Assembly (NCBI GenBank): GCA_032718475.1
Contig: JAUCBJ010001088.1
Span: 62,001 to 126,000, forward strand
Length of the DNA: 64,000 nt
Direction of reading: 5' to 3'
Origin: Nemertoderma westbladi
Taxonomy: Eukaryota > Animalia > Xenacoelomorpha
The position numbers and the translations under genes are program-made. This document shows, in pieces, positions 33,911-44,389 of the stretch. The notes beneath the pieces were generated by a model. The model was not told the origin of the DNA and searched no databases. It saw only the letters and a list, made by a program, of their open reading frames with translations. How positions within the stretch are numbered: position 1 is the stretch's first letter; each line of letters starts with the position of its first letter.

Positions 33911-36418
33911 TTTTTATATAATATAAAATACAAATAAATAAAAAATATATTCAAAAAAAATTAAAAATATTAAAATAATATATATATATATTATATATAT
34001 ATATTTATATATATTTTTTACTATTTTTAATTTTTTTTAATATATTTATTTTTTATTTTTTTTTTATTTTAACTTTTTCTTCTAAATTTTTAATATTTTT
34101 ATTTCTATACAATGCATAAAAGATAGTAACCTAATTCGAAAAATAGTGGGTTTGGGTTACCTGACTAACAGATATTTATATTATTATAATGTAGATTCTA
34201 CAATTGAAATATAATAAAAATATTAAAACATTTCAAAATGGGGGAATGTATGTCAGTTAGAAGTTAGAAAAGTCTTCAGCTAGGAATAGTGAACTTATTT
34301 ATTATGAAACAGTTCGAAACATTTGCCCAGGCAAAGTCCCGGTCTCTCTGGGCAGGTAGCGCACTCAAACCTCGAATTTTTGCGAATATTATTCGACCAG
34401 CAGATTCGGCATCTCTTCTGTGGTTTTGTCGATTTCGCAGTTGGGAGAATCTTCACAATGGCGTGAATGTCACTCGGAGGTTGAGCTTTAGGCAGACATC
34501 GCTTCTTATTATTTCTTGATCTATATGATGAAGATACTTGAGTCAAATGCTCAACAACATCTAGAAGAAAGATTGGAAAGCGCAACCTTGAAGTTTTAGC
34601 TGGTCTCTCCTTCTTGTAGAGTAAATAGGCATTTAGGACCAACCTCTCTATGCAATGCAACCCTAATTTCTTGAACCAGGTGTATGACTTCCTACAAATA
34701 TCTGCTGACGAGATTAACTGATCCGTGACATCGACGCCTCCCATTCTATAGTTATAGTTGTCTATGGCTATTGGCTTCTTATAGGTTATTGCTTCCGTAA
34801 GTGTACGGCGGCTCTTCTCAACTTCTCCCGCATGGTCTATCGTTGTGATGAAATATACAATCTTTTTATCACAAAACTTTATGGCCAACACAGGCCCTTT
34901 GCCGTTGTTATTCCTTGCATATACAGATGAAATCGGCACTATCTGAGCATCCTTCAGAAGTGTGGGTATTCCCCTATTTTCTCGGACAGTCCCCCTCATT
35001 CCTGTATTCCGAGAATTGAGAAAGTTGGCGAGTCGGAGGCTGCAATACCAGTTATCCAGGTTGATATTATAACCAGCATCCAGGAACTTCACTTTGCTAA
35101 GCAGTGCCACTACTACTTTTTCTGACTTCGATAGATTTTCTGAGTTCGGTTCACTAGACTCAATGTCTGATTTCGCACCATAATATATAATTGTCGCCAC
35201 TACGTAACCTGAAGAATCACACAAGATAAACAGTTTTATTCCGAAACGGGCACGTTTTATTCTAATGAACTGTTTGAAGTGGAGGCGCCCTTTGAATAAT
35301 AGCAATGACTCATCTAGTGAAAGTTCCTGAGCAGGAATATAGACAGAACAAATTTCATGGAATTCATCCATAAAATCGGTAAGTCGGGTGGCTTTCTCAG
35401 TGGCGACGTAATTATCAGGATTGGAAAAGCGCAGAAACTTTAAAATATTCGTGAATCGGTCACGGGACATAACACTGGCAAAATAGGGGGTTTCATTAAT
35501 TGATCGGGTAGACCAATAATCGTGAATCGTAGCCTTTCTTATAACCGACATCAGTATAGTGAGTCCTAAAAAAGCCCGCATCTCCAGTAGAGTAACGTCC
35601 TTCACTTTTAGTTCCATCGGACCGCTTCCAGTACCAGTACCGGTGCCGGTGCTCGGTGGTAATTCAGCTATTTTCTCCCGCTGTATGGCGATTCTTCTAT
35701 TCGTACTATCACACAGTACTTGAATCAAACTATCAGTAACAAACATATCGACATAATCTTTCAAATCAAACTCCGTTGTGTCGATAGCATTCTGCCACCC
35801 AACTTGACGCGAGTTTATGGGGAAAGGCCTATCTAAATTTATAGAATCATTGTTTCCCGTTACAAGATTCCAAGGCGCCGATTCAGGTGGGACGTTTCCA
35901 TAACCAACACCGGTTCCAGTAGGAAGGCCCAAATCTATAGGATCAGTATCGGAAGATTCTGAGTCAGAACAATTATCTGCAAGTTCATCATCAGTCGATT
36001 CGATGTCTGATACTTCATCATCTGACTCGGAAGAACTGTCATCGATATCGAAGCCAAGTCGTTTCAGGGGTTTCGGGTTCCTTTTTGGATAAGAGCGATT
36101 CATAATGTCCCTCTACATTCTACACCTCTCTCTACATAGGCTTTACTGCGACTACACTCTAAATGTAAACGTCGCTACTGTTCCTACTGCATACTACAAT
36201 ACTGCATAGATAGGCCTACAGACAGTTATTAAAATTATTACACATTTGAATTTCCCGCCAGATGCAAGCGCTGAAGGGCTCTGTACATCAAATTTATGTT
36301 CCTGCTAGGGTTCTGACATCTGATAGGATGCTAATGATATGAGAAACATCATGACCTACCATGTAGGTCATAGAGCCCTATTGTGTGACCTACCATGTAG
36401 GTCACCGGCGTCAAAGGG
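33689..36418 (-). mobile_element. Full-length piggyBac transposon, 2730 bp
   Basis: TTAA TSDs (33685-33688, 36419-36422), 12-bp perfect TIR CCCTTTGACGCC, two subterminal near-palindromes tgacctaccatgtaggtca at the 5' end, and an intact transposase ORF. Confidence 0.97.
34295..36103 (-). CDS. piggyBac transposase, 602 aa, intact
   Basis: Acidic N-terminus, MSRDRF, DDD triad (SLDESL, LDNWY, GGVDVTDQ), KRARFGIK, and a C-terminal Cys-rich domain CRIC..CATC..C..C...H. Confidence 0.97.
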   Translation of the reverse strand: MNRSYPKRNPKPLKRLGFDIDDSSSESDDEVSDIESTDDELADNCSDSESSDTDPIDLGLPTGTGVGYGNVPPESAPWNLVTGNNDSINLDRPFPINSRQVGWQNAIDTTEFDLKDYVDMFVTDSLIQVLCDSTNRRIAIQREKIAELPPSTGTGTGTGSGPMELKVKDVTLLEMRAFLGLTILMSVIRKATIHDYWSTRSINETPYFASVMSRDRFTNILKFLRFSNPDNYVATEKATRLTDFMDEFHEICSVYIPAQELSLDESLLLFKGRLHFKQFIRIKRARFGIKLFILCDSSGYVVATIIYYGAKSDIESSEPNSENLSKSEKVVVALLSKVKFLDAGYNINLDNWYCSLRLANFLNSRNTGMRGTVRENRGIPTLLKDAQIVPISSVYARNNNGKGPVLAIKFCDKKIVYFITTIDHAGEVEKSRRTLTEAITYKKPIAIDNYNYRMGGVDVTDQLISSADICRKSYTWFKKLGLHCIERLVLNAYLLYKKERPAKTSRLRFPIFLLDVVEHLTQVSSSYRSRNNKKRCLPKAQPPSDIHAIVKILPTAKSTKPQKRCRICWSNNIRKNSRFECATCPERPGLCLGKCFELFHNK

Positions 36419-36700
36419 TTAAAAGTCATTAAAAGACAACAAAAGTCATTAAAGGGACAACAAAGGTCATTATGCACAATTCGTAATAAAAGGAGGACAA
36501 AAAGTCAAATAAAAGGACATAAAAAATCACTGCCATTTTGACAGTGATTTTGATAAGTTTTATAAGTCTTGATTGACAAGTGGGCCTATGACAGGCCCAC
36601 TTTTTGGAGTAGCATGTAAAATAATATTAGAGATGATAACACTTAATAACTTAACCAGTATTATTATTTATTTAGTATATAAATGTATTATTATTTTATC

Positions 36701-37240
36701 AATAGCTCTGCCGTGTAATGTGAAAAGACCGCAAGTCACAAAAAGTCATTTCGAGATTGTTGGTTTAAAATGTCCGTAAATTACAATTTTTTTTAACCCT
36801 TCGCAATTGGGGGTGGGAAATTTTTCTACGTGATTATTTTTCACTTTCCATTAATATTTTGACGTCAGAGTTATTTTTTGTACTTACGGTATTTTTGCAT
36901 TGTACAACCTACTGTATATGTAAATACATATTTCAAGACACATATTTCAATAAAACCGTATTTGCGTTTTCTTATTATCTATGCAATGACAAAACACCGT
37001 AAGTGTTGTTTTTTTGTTCGTTTTTTTTTGCATAAATTTAAATAGTTGCTGTCTTTTTCCTTTGTAACACTATACACATGTTGTGACTTACGGCCTTTCT
37101 ACATTGCATATCTCGTGAACTATAGTAGATACGGTGTTCTCGATTATACCATTAGATACAGCGCAATATTTAGACCCAGAAAATGTGAATTTAGGAAAAA
37201 TGCGACTTACGGTCTTTTTACATTGTACGGCAGAGCTATT
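36701..37240. mobile_element. MITE with ~40-bp imperfect TIRs
   Basis: aatagctctgccgtgtaatgtgaaaagaccgcaagtcac is inverted at 37201-37240 (gcgacttacggtctttttacattgtacggcagagctatt). Confidence 0.75.
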
Positions 37241-37263
37241 TATAATTTATTTATTTATTACAG

Positions 37264-37293
37264 GCAAATGATGGACAATGTGGAGCCATTAAT
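37264..37293 (+). CDS. FReD gene exon 2
   Basis: ttacag|GCA...AAT|gtaagt; 30 nt encoding ANDGQCGAIN, phase 0/0, completing a plausible signal-peptide cleavage site. Confidence 0.65.
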
Positions 37294-37414
37294 GTAAGTT
37301 TATTAGTTATTTTAAATTATTATTTTAAATGTAATTTCATGCGATTTCATAGATATTGTAAGTGGTGACAAGTTGAGTTGAATTCATAAAAGTTATAATA
37401 ATATTTCCTAACAG

Positions 37415-37510
37415 GTAACAGAGCCGGAAGAAAATATTAATGGGTTGAGTGACCAAGTAAAATATTTAAATACAAACCTAACTAACCGATTCGATGAGCT
37501 ATATAACGAT
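37415..37510 (+). CDS. FReD gene exon 3 (coiled-coil-like)
   Basis: ctaacag|GTA...GAT|gttagt; 96 nt encoding VTEPEENINGLSDQVKYLNTNLTNRFDELYND, phase 0/0. Confidence 0.65.
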
Positions 37511-38046
37511 GTTAGTTTCTTAACCAGTAATTATTTGTAACATAATTAATTATTTGCCGTGTTGAAGTCGTTCAGTTTTTATTGATGTATTATCTTTATA
37601 TTTATTTGTGTGGAATTAATTTCGCACTACCAAATCGCCAGGGCGACATATTTCCTAACTTTATATCGCAGTGCGACATTATTTCTCAGTATGTCCCTAC
37701 GCCATATATTTACTATGTATTTCAGTATATCCAGTATGTCAGTCTGTCACACAGTATGTCAGTATTAAGTGCAAATAATTCCTACAAATAATTCCACCAC
37801 ATTAAATCTTTTACGGCCCTCGTTCTATTATTTCACTAAACAAAATCACTCGTGCCGTAACGCTATAATGTGCTATTTTATGAGCAACGACGTAATATAG
37901 TTAGTATTTAATTGCTCTAAATGTTGGGTCGAAATGCCGGCGTTTAATGATTTCCCTAGAGAACTCCAACCCAACCACTGATCAGATGTGGGCAGAGGAT
38001 TTACAGAATTTAATAAACCATTTCAATTAATAATATTTCATAACAG

Positions 38047-38736
38047 GTTAAAGAGTTGGAAGACCAGAATAAAGAGTTGGAAGACCAGTTTACAGAGTTA
38101 GTTTACATGTTACATGATACAGAGATAGGGAAATTATCCATTACACTGTATCAGCTAATGGCTCCTGGGCTAATAAAGCATAATGATGGGCTGAAGATTC
38201 AACAAAGAGTTGATGGATCTGTTGACTTCTATCGAGACTGGGATGAATATGTTGAAGGATTTGGCGACCCGAATACCAATTTTTGGTTGGGGTTGGAGAC
38301 GATCCACAAGCTGAGTGAAAATGGGGTGAATTTGAGGGTCGATTTGTGGTTCACTGGAAGGGGATATAAAGGTGGTGATGGTGATGATAGAAGGGAGAGG
38401 GTGGATTACACCAACGAACACCGATACGCGGAATACAACAACTTCTCTATCGGATCAGCTGCAACTAATTACACCCTAAATGTATCCGGTTACCATGGTA
38501 CTGCTGGTGACGCATTGGAGTATTCCAACGGTCTCCCATTCTCTACCAAGGACCGCGATAATGACAGGTGGGACTACGTCAACTGCGCCGTACGACGAAC
38601 TGGGTCGTGGTGGTACGGGCGCTGCGCGGACAGTAACTTGAACGGAGAATATGGTGCGGATGGGAAAGGACCTTATTGGGCTCATTTAACTGCAGGGAAA
38701 CCGGCTTCTCGAGTTAAAATGAAGATTTGGATTTAG
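38047..38736 (+). CDS. FReD gene exon 4: fibrinogen C-terminal domain (ficolin/FREP/tachylectin-5-like)
   Basis: Acceptor taacag| is in frame with ORF 38056. Motifs QQRVDGSVDFYRDWDEYVEGFG, FWLGLETIH, YTLNVSGYHGTAGD, FSTKDRDND, NCA..GSWWY..C..SNLNG, KMKI. Confidence 0.93.
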   Translation, partial: VKELEDQNKELEDQFTELVYMLHDTEIGKLSITLYQLMAPGLIKHNDGLKIQQRVDGSVDFYRDWDEYVEGFGDPNTNFWLGLETIHKLSENGVNLRVDLWFTGRGYKGGDGDDRRERVDYTNEHRYAEYNNFSIGSAATNYTLNVSGYHGTAGDALEYSNGLPFSTKDRDNDRWDYVNCAVRRTGSWWYGRCADSNLNGEYGADGKGPYWAHLTAGKPASRVKMKIWI

Positions 38737-40149
38737 TAAAACTGTAAGTTTTATATAAAATTACTAAATAATTTCAATAGAGTTGCGTTGGAAACTAACT
38801 TTTACATTTAATTATAAAATTAATTTTTATTCTACTGAGTAAAACCAGTTACCGCGGGTAGGAATCGCAATGTGTTAAAAATTTAATATGAAACATTTAA
38901 TTTTATTTCACTAAATTCCAAATGACCTCCATCACCATCTCTATGAAATATTATGCTATATGGTTTACATTTACATTTAATTATAAAAAATAATAATAAA
39001 TGATAAATAATAAAATATAATAAAAAAAATTAATATTAATTAATAAATATAAATAAGATATAATAATATATTTGGGTGAAAAGTTAATAATAATAATTAA
39101 TAATAATGAGTTCCGGAATAAATATCGTTTTTTACTATAAAATTATTAACTTTAACGTTTTTATTATTTATTTTGCAGTTTGAATTCCCAATAAGTTTTA
39201 GAAGAGACTGAATCTTGGCTATTCTGCTATATGTTACCAGTTTATATGTGTGATGGTTATGGGTTATTGGTTTATGTTTGGTTAATATTTACAATATATT
39301 AATAAATTATAGTTGCAATAACTTAACTTTATTTACTTAACTTGCTGTTAGACCAGGAGGGGCCGGTTGCATATAAATCAACCTTAGCTAAGGTGCACCT
39401 TAACTCATAAGTGTTGCCTTAAATATTTCAACATCCGTATCAGTTGTCTGCCTAATATTACCTAATATATTTTATAGAAACATTTTGAGAACGTCGGAGG
39501 AGTTACAAGAGCAAAATTTGGACTTTTCAAAATCAGCTGATATAATTTAACAAATTAATTGTAAATTAAAATTCTTTATTACCTAATAATATACAAATAA
39601 ATCCTATTATATTGTAAAGCCTCTGTTTGAATATCGCCATATCGCGAATATGAACCGGAATCAGGAGCTGTCATACCAACCCGGATATATTCCGAGCGAT
39701 CAGTCGCCCTGACTACGGGGGTCGGGTAGACACGGGGGGAGCGGGAGTGGGGTCGGAAGGATTCCGAGGTGGCGGCCAGGGAAACAGGAGGGATATCAAG
39801 CGTTATCCCCGCGGTTGTATCCGGGGTTACAGACGAGACTCGGTTGAAACCCCTCCGGTAAACCGACGTGTAGGGCCGGGTACCTCGCCCAGCTGTGTCA
39901 CTCACCCACTCGATGTGGTTCGCAGACAGATGCTGCCGCTTATCTCCGTATGATTTAAACTTCTCAAACTTCTCGTCGAAATAAACCCCGTAGTCGCGCG
40001 TCTGATGTCGGTTGTCGTGATAAGAGAAAGGGTTTCCAGTTTTACATTTTCGCCTCGATTTGTTTAGGAAATCCGGCGGTATTCTGTAGGTAGAAGCGTC
40101 GTGTCTTTGCGAAAGTTCTAGAACATTACTATTATTGCACTGTATGTAA

Positions 40150-40690
40150 AGGAATACTTATCACTACCCCTGTCCTCAAACATTACAACACTAACCAATA
40201 TACTTACCTACAATGTGATGTATCTCCGATGGGACTAGGGGCCGCAGAAGGAAAAAAACAATACAATGACAATATTATGAGATCCGTTGTTTATGCCAGC
40301 CGGAGACGGGGGAAACTGGACGCAAAACCAGCCTTGGTGATTTCATATCCCGCCTCAATTTTAAATTCTCAATTTAGGGAAAGGAGCAGGTTACAGTGGC
40401 ACAATAAAATAAACACAATAGAACAGGTTATAGTTTTATTTTTGCTCGTAATCAGCTGTTATTTGCGTCGAATTTCCCCTGGAGAGGGATAAATTTTTAT
40501 TGCGTCCAGTTTCCCCCCTATCTGGCCAGCCGAGCCTTGACCCCAGCTGAAAGTCATCACCCACAAATTGAACGCGAAATGTTGTCTGTAACATTTGGAG
40601 CTTATTCCGGTAATATTTGATTGGTCTTCCATTGACTGTCTAGCAATGACTATAAACCCTTTAAAGCCATATTTAATAAACCGATAATGC
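40150..40690 (+). pseudogene. Gypsy RNase H fragment interrupted by a MITE
   Basis: ITTPVLKHY..LQCDVSPMGLGA..VVYASR | ALTPAES..QIEREML..FG ... DYKPLKAIFNKP. Confidence 0.75.
40303..40524. mobile_element. 222-bp MITE with 8-bp TSD (hAT- or P-like)
   Basis: TSD GCCAGCCG (40295-40302 / 40525-40532); TIR gagacgggggaaactggacgcaa / ttgcgtccagtttccccctatctg. A related partial copy lies at ~31400-31551. Confidence 0.85.
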
Positions 40691-40699
40691 TAAGGAGTT

Positions 40700-42168
40700 T
40701 CGTTCTCAGGAGATTATACCTTAATAAACATAACTGAAGCTTATCTCAGTCTCAGCACGATATCCTTAGTCTAATGGAGTGATCGAAAGTCCTCATCGGG
40801 GGATCAAAAATATGATTAAAATTGATAATTTTTTACATCTCACGATCTCGCGTTGACCAAACTAAATAACAATAAATACGACAATTATTTCAGACGACAT
40901 GAACATTGATTTACTTCAACTACAAAAGCTAAACAATACATAGATTTACTTTCCTCTAACGGCTACGTAAAATTAATTAAAACTCCAACTCGAATAACCC
41001 CCTGGTCCAAAACCCTCATTGATCACACAATAACTAATATCACAACACGCGTCTTTTCTACACTCATAGGTACCTCCGACCATCAACCCACATTCTCGAT
41101 CTTTGAAAAATTTACTTGTCACTTTTATCAAAATTAAAATAAAACGCTTTTTGACTTCTCCCAATTTAATCCTGACTCCTTCAATCGCGTTATCGAACGA
41201 GAAACCTCATGGTCTTACATCTCATCGTCAGTAACAGCCCGGAAAAATTTGATGAATTTTAGAATAATTTTGTTAAAATATGCGATACCCATGTTCCCAA
41301 AAAAACGTTTTCTCCACCAACCCTTCCAAAAAAACCATGGATAACAAATAAATTAATCAAATTAACGATTATCAAAAATGATTTATACCGCATTTATATC
41401 AAAAATTCAATGGGCACAGTGCTTTAAATGCTGCAGCCTAGCCCAACCCCGGCTTTCATCCTTTAGTGGTCGATAAATGGAAACCAAGGCAACTTGGGAA
41501 ACAGAGTGGAAGGGTTTACTGTGGAAGATCATCCATGGTGGTGAAGAGGCATTCCTTGGCTTAACGAGCCTAAAAGATTCTCCCATTCATATCAAAAATT
41601 CATCTGACGAAAACTTGACTTCCTTCAAAAGATTTAGAAATAAACCCTTCTACGAACAGCTGAAAATAACTACTACGCAAAAAATTTTTACGATAACTCA
41701 GGGAACATTCGAGAAAAACATGGATGATTATAAATAGCGCACTAAATAAATCAAACAAAAACTCCATTCCAAAACAGATTACAATTTACACTGGCGATTC
41801 AATTAAGACCACCATTACCGACCCAGCTGAAATAGCCTCAAAATTTAATGACCACTTAATCACAATTTAATGACCACTTTTCTACTATAGGACCCAACCT
41901 AGCCAATGAAATCCCCCGTTCTACCCGCTCCACAACACGTTTTGTATATCACTCCAATCCGAAGTCTTTCGTAATTACAGAAACAACACCAGTAAAAGTA
42001 GAATACCGTCTTCTCCAACTCAATCCTAATTCTGCTACTAATGACCCCTTCTCTAACAAATTGCTTACGGTTGCCGCTAAACCTCCATCTAAGCTACCTC
42101 ATTAACTTATCTTTTTCCATAGGTTTCTTCCCGGATTCTCTAAAAATTGCTAGAGTGACTCCCATCCA
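40700..42168 (+). pseudogene. Decayed CR1/L2-type LINE ORF2, 5' part (EN to start of RT)
   Basis: Fragments SDHQP, KKPWITN, FNDHFSTIGPNLA and FPDSLKIARVTPIH, with many frameshifts. Confidence 0.75.
41410..41583 (+). mobile_element. 5'-truncated SINE-like retroposon with 19-bp TSD
   Basis: TSD cattt/catatcaaaaattca (41391-41409, 41584-41602; 1 mismatch). The body contains ctttcatcctttagtggtcgataaatgg, resembling the Nin/Deu SINE central domains (from recall). Confidence 0.7.
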
Positions 42169-42781
42169 TTAACCGTTACAGGACTGGGGGGGTGGAAGGG
42201 GGGGGGGGGGGGGGGGGGGGGGTTGAATCCACCCTTCCCTCAAGTTTATCTAGTGATCTGCGCAGAAGCACTGATCGCAGTGAGCCGAAATTTCCTGAGT
42301 TATCCTAAAATTTATCTCTGAATCTCACGAAAAAAACGATAACTTCATAGCTCTATTAGTTGTCGAGTGTAAAAAACACATGTCAGCACTTTTCAAGCTA
42401 AAATTGGCAACTTTTGAAAGGATTGATGTTGTCAGCCAGGTTCCCGTTTATAAAGGTTTTTTGGTATACCGAATCGAACAATTGTGTCCATTTAAAACAT
42501 CAAAACTTCCCTGAATACATTTTTTGGGGGTCCCACAAAAGTGGGTGCAACACGAAAGTTTCAAATTTTTACTTTCAGTAGTACACATTTCCAAAGGTCA
42601 ATTTTCTGTGTACAAAGGTTTTCGAGGTCGCTGAATCGATTTAGACCGATAGATAGATGTCACAGACAAGTGGGATGGTATTTTTTGGGGGGTCATAGAG
42701 AACAGTTACCAATACAAACAACAGGTGGAGACAACAGGTAAATTTATGTATGAACTCTATTAAAAAAAACTACAGTGTTAA

Positions 42782-43576
42782 CGGATCCAGGTCGTCCCGT
42801 CCGCTATCACTTCGTCCCATCCAAATTACCACTCAATATATGAGTGCCAATATGACTCCCATTAAAGAGCCACTCCAATACTAGTAACACGTGGTACCAA
42901 AAAAACAATTTAGCGATACCCATACTGGCTGTTAACCCACAGGGTGTACTGTGGGGATCGCATTATTATTATTATAAGGTGCTAACATTATTGCCTTGCC
43001 AATTACTCATCCTTAGAGGTTCCAACAGCGGAGAGCCAATGACAAGCCACAAACCAAAAATAGCTGACACATATCTGATATAATCCTATGTGGCTACTGT
43101 ACTAACCTCAGATGCACACCTCAGCATATCAAGGTGCAGTACACATTTACGTCTGATAGTGTTGTATCGGTAGGTAGCCAGCAGACATTCAATACGGACC
43201 GAACTCAAATATTTATTACCAGTCAGCTAGTCATCAAGCTCGCGTTAAACCTACAAGGACGAGTAACCAGCACCACTACAGTTGCGTTGTGCAGTTACTA
43301 ACGGCTATTATTACAATTAATCACCTACAAACTATTATCTGCTCCTTTTCTTATAACTCTGGTTACCTCCGCATACCTCAAAGCAGCAAAGCACCAACCT
43401 CAAGTGTGTCTCGGAGGCCCGTTTCGGACTGCACCCCGATCCGGGCACAATAGGTTTTTTGGTACCACGTGTTACTATTATTGGAGTGGCTCTTTAATGG
43501 GAGTCATATTGGCACTCATATATTGAGTGGTAATTTGGATGGGACGAAGTGATGCGGACGGGACGACCTGGATCCG
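42782..43576. mobile_element. MITE/foldback element with ~125-bp near-perfect TIRs
   Basis: cggatccaggtcgtcccgtccgc...ggtaccaaaaaa is inverted at 43452-43576. Flanks are TTAA / TTTA. Confidence 0.9.
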
Positions 43577-44389
43577 TTTATTCACGCATACATGTCACAC
43601 GCACACACTTGCACACGGAGAAGTGATTTATATATTACTATGAGTTGTGTCAATGCTCGAGTTCGAGTATGATTGTCCGTCACTATCGAGCTGTCCTCGT
43701 ACTCGTCTAATCGTTTAATATCAGTCGTTCAGTGGGTGGCCGGCCAGTCCAATGAAACTGAACATTGCTGTCGATTTATTTATCTCTCAACTGTTTTGCT
43801 GTCGTCAAATCTCCTGTCTGATTTGTGAATCTTATTGGTATTGTAGATTTCGTCAATGTACTATAATTGTTACTCTAACTCCCTACAAGTTAGATATTTC
43901 TGACATGTGTAATAATTTTACAGCTATAACTGTCCCTCTTACTAAGTTACCTATTTTTAATCAATTACATATAACCTAATTTAGTAATTACGTTACTTAC
44001 CAAATAAAGTTACTTTTTATGTACTTTATACTTTATTTAATTATAATATCGTACATACATGATATTATAACTGTTCCAATTTTTACTTTTCTTTCAGTTT
44101 TAACATATATATGTTTTCCTATGTAGACCTCGCTACTGTATTTCGGTTTCTTACCTGCCTACAGTATGATATGTAGTCTCACAACAGTCTCGTATTTTCT
44201 ACTGTACATAATTTTCTTTATTTATTTATTATATTTTTTTTTTATTATGTTTTGTACAGGGTGTTGTGCCCATTATATTTGAATATAACAGGGTGGAATC
44301 TACGAGAATTTATTTTTCTTACTCTCGCAAATGCAACTCCCGCCCTCCCAGACCTACACTTCTAGGTCTCGAGATTGAGGGTGTTTCCT

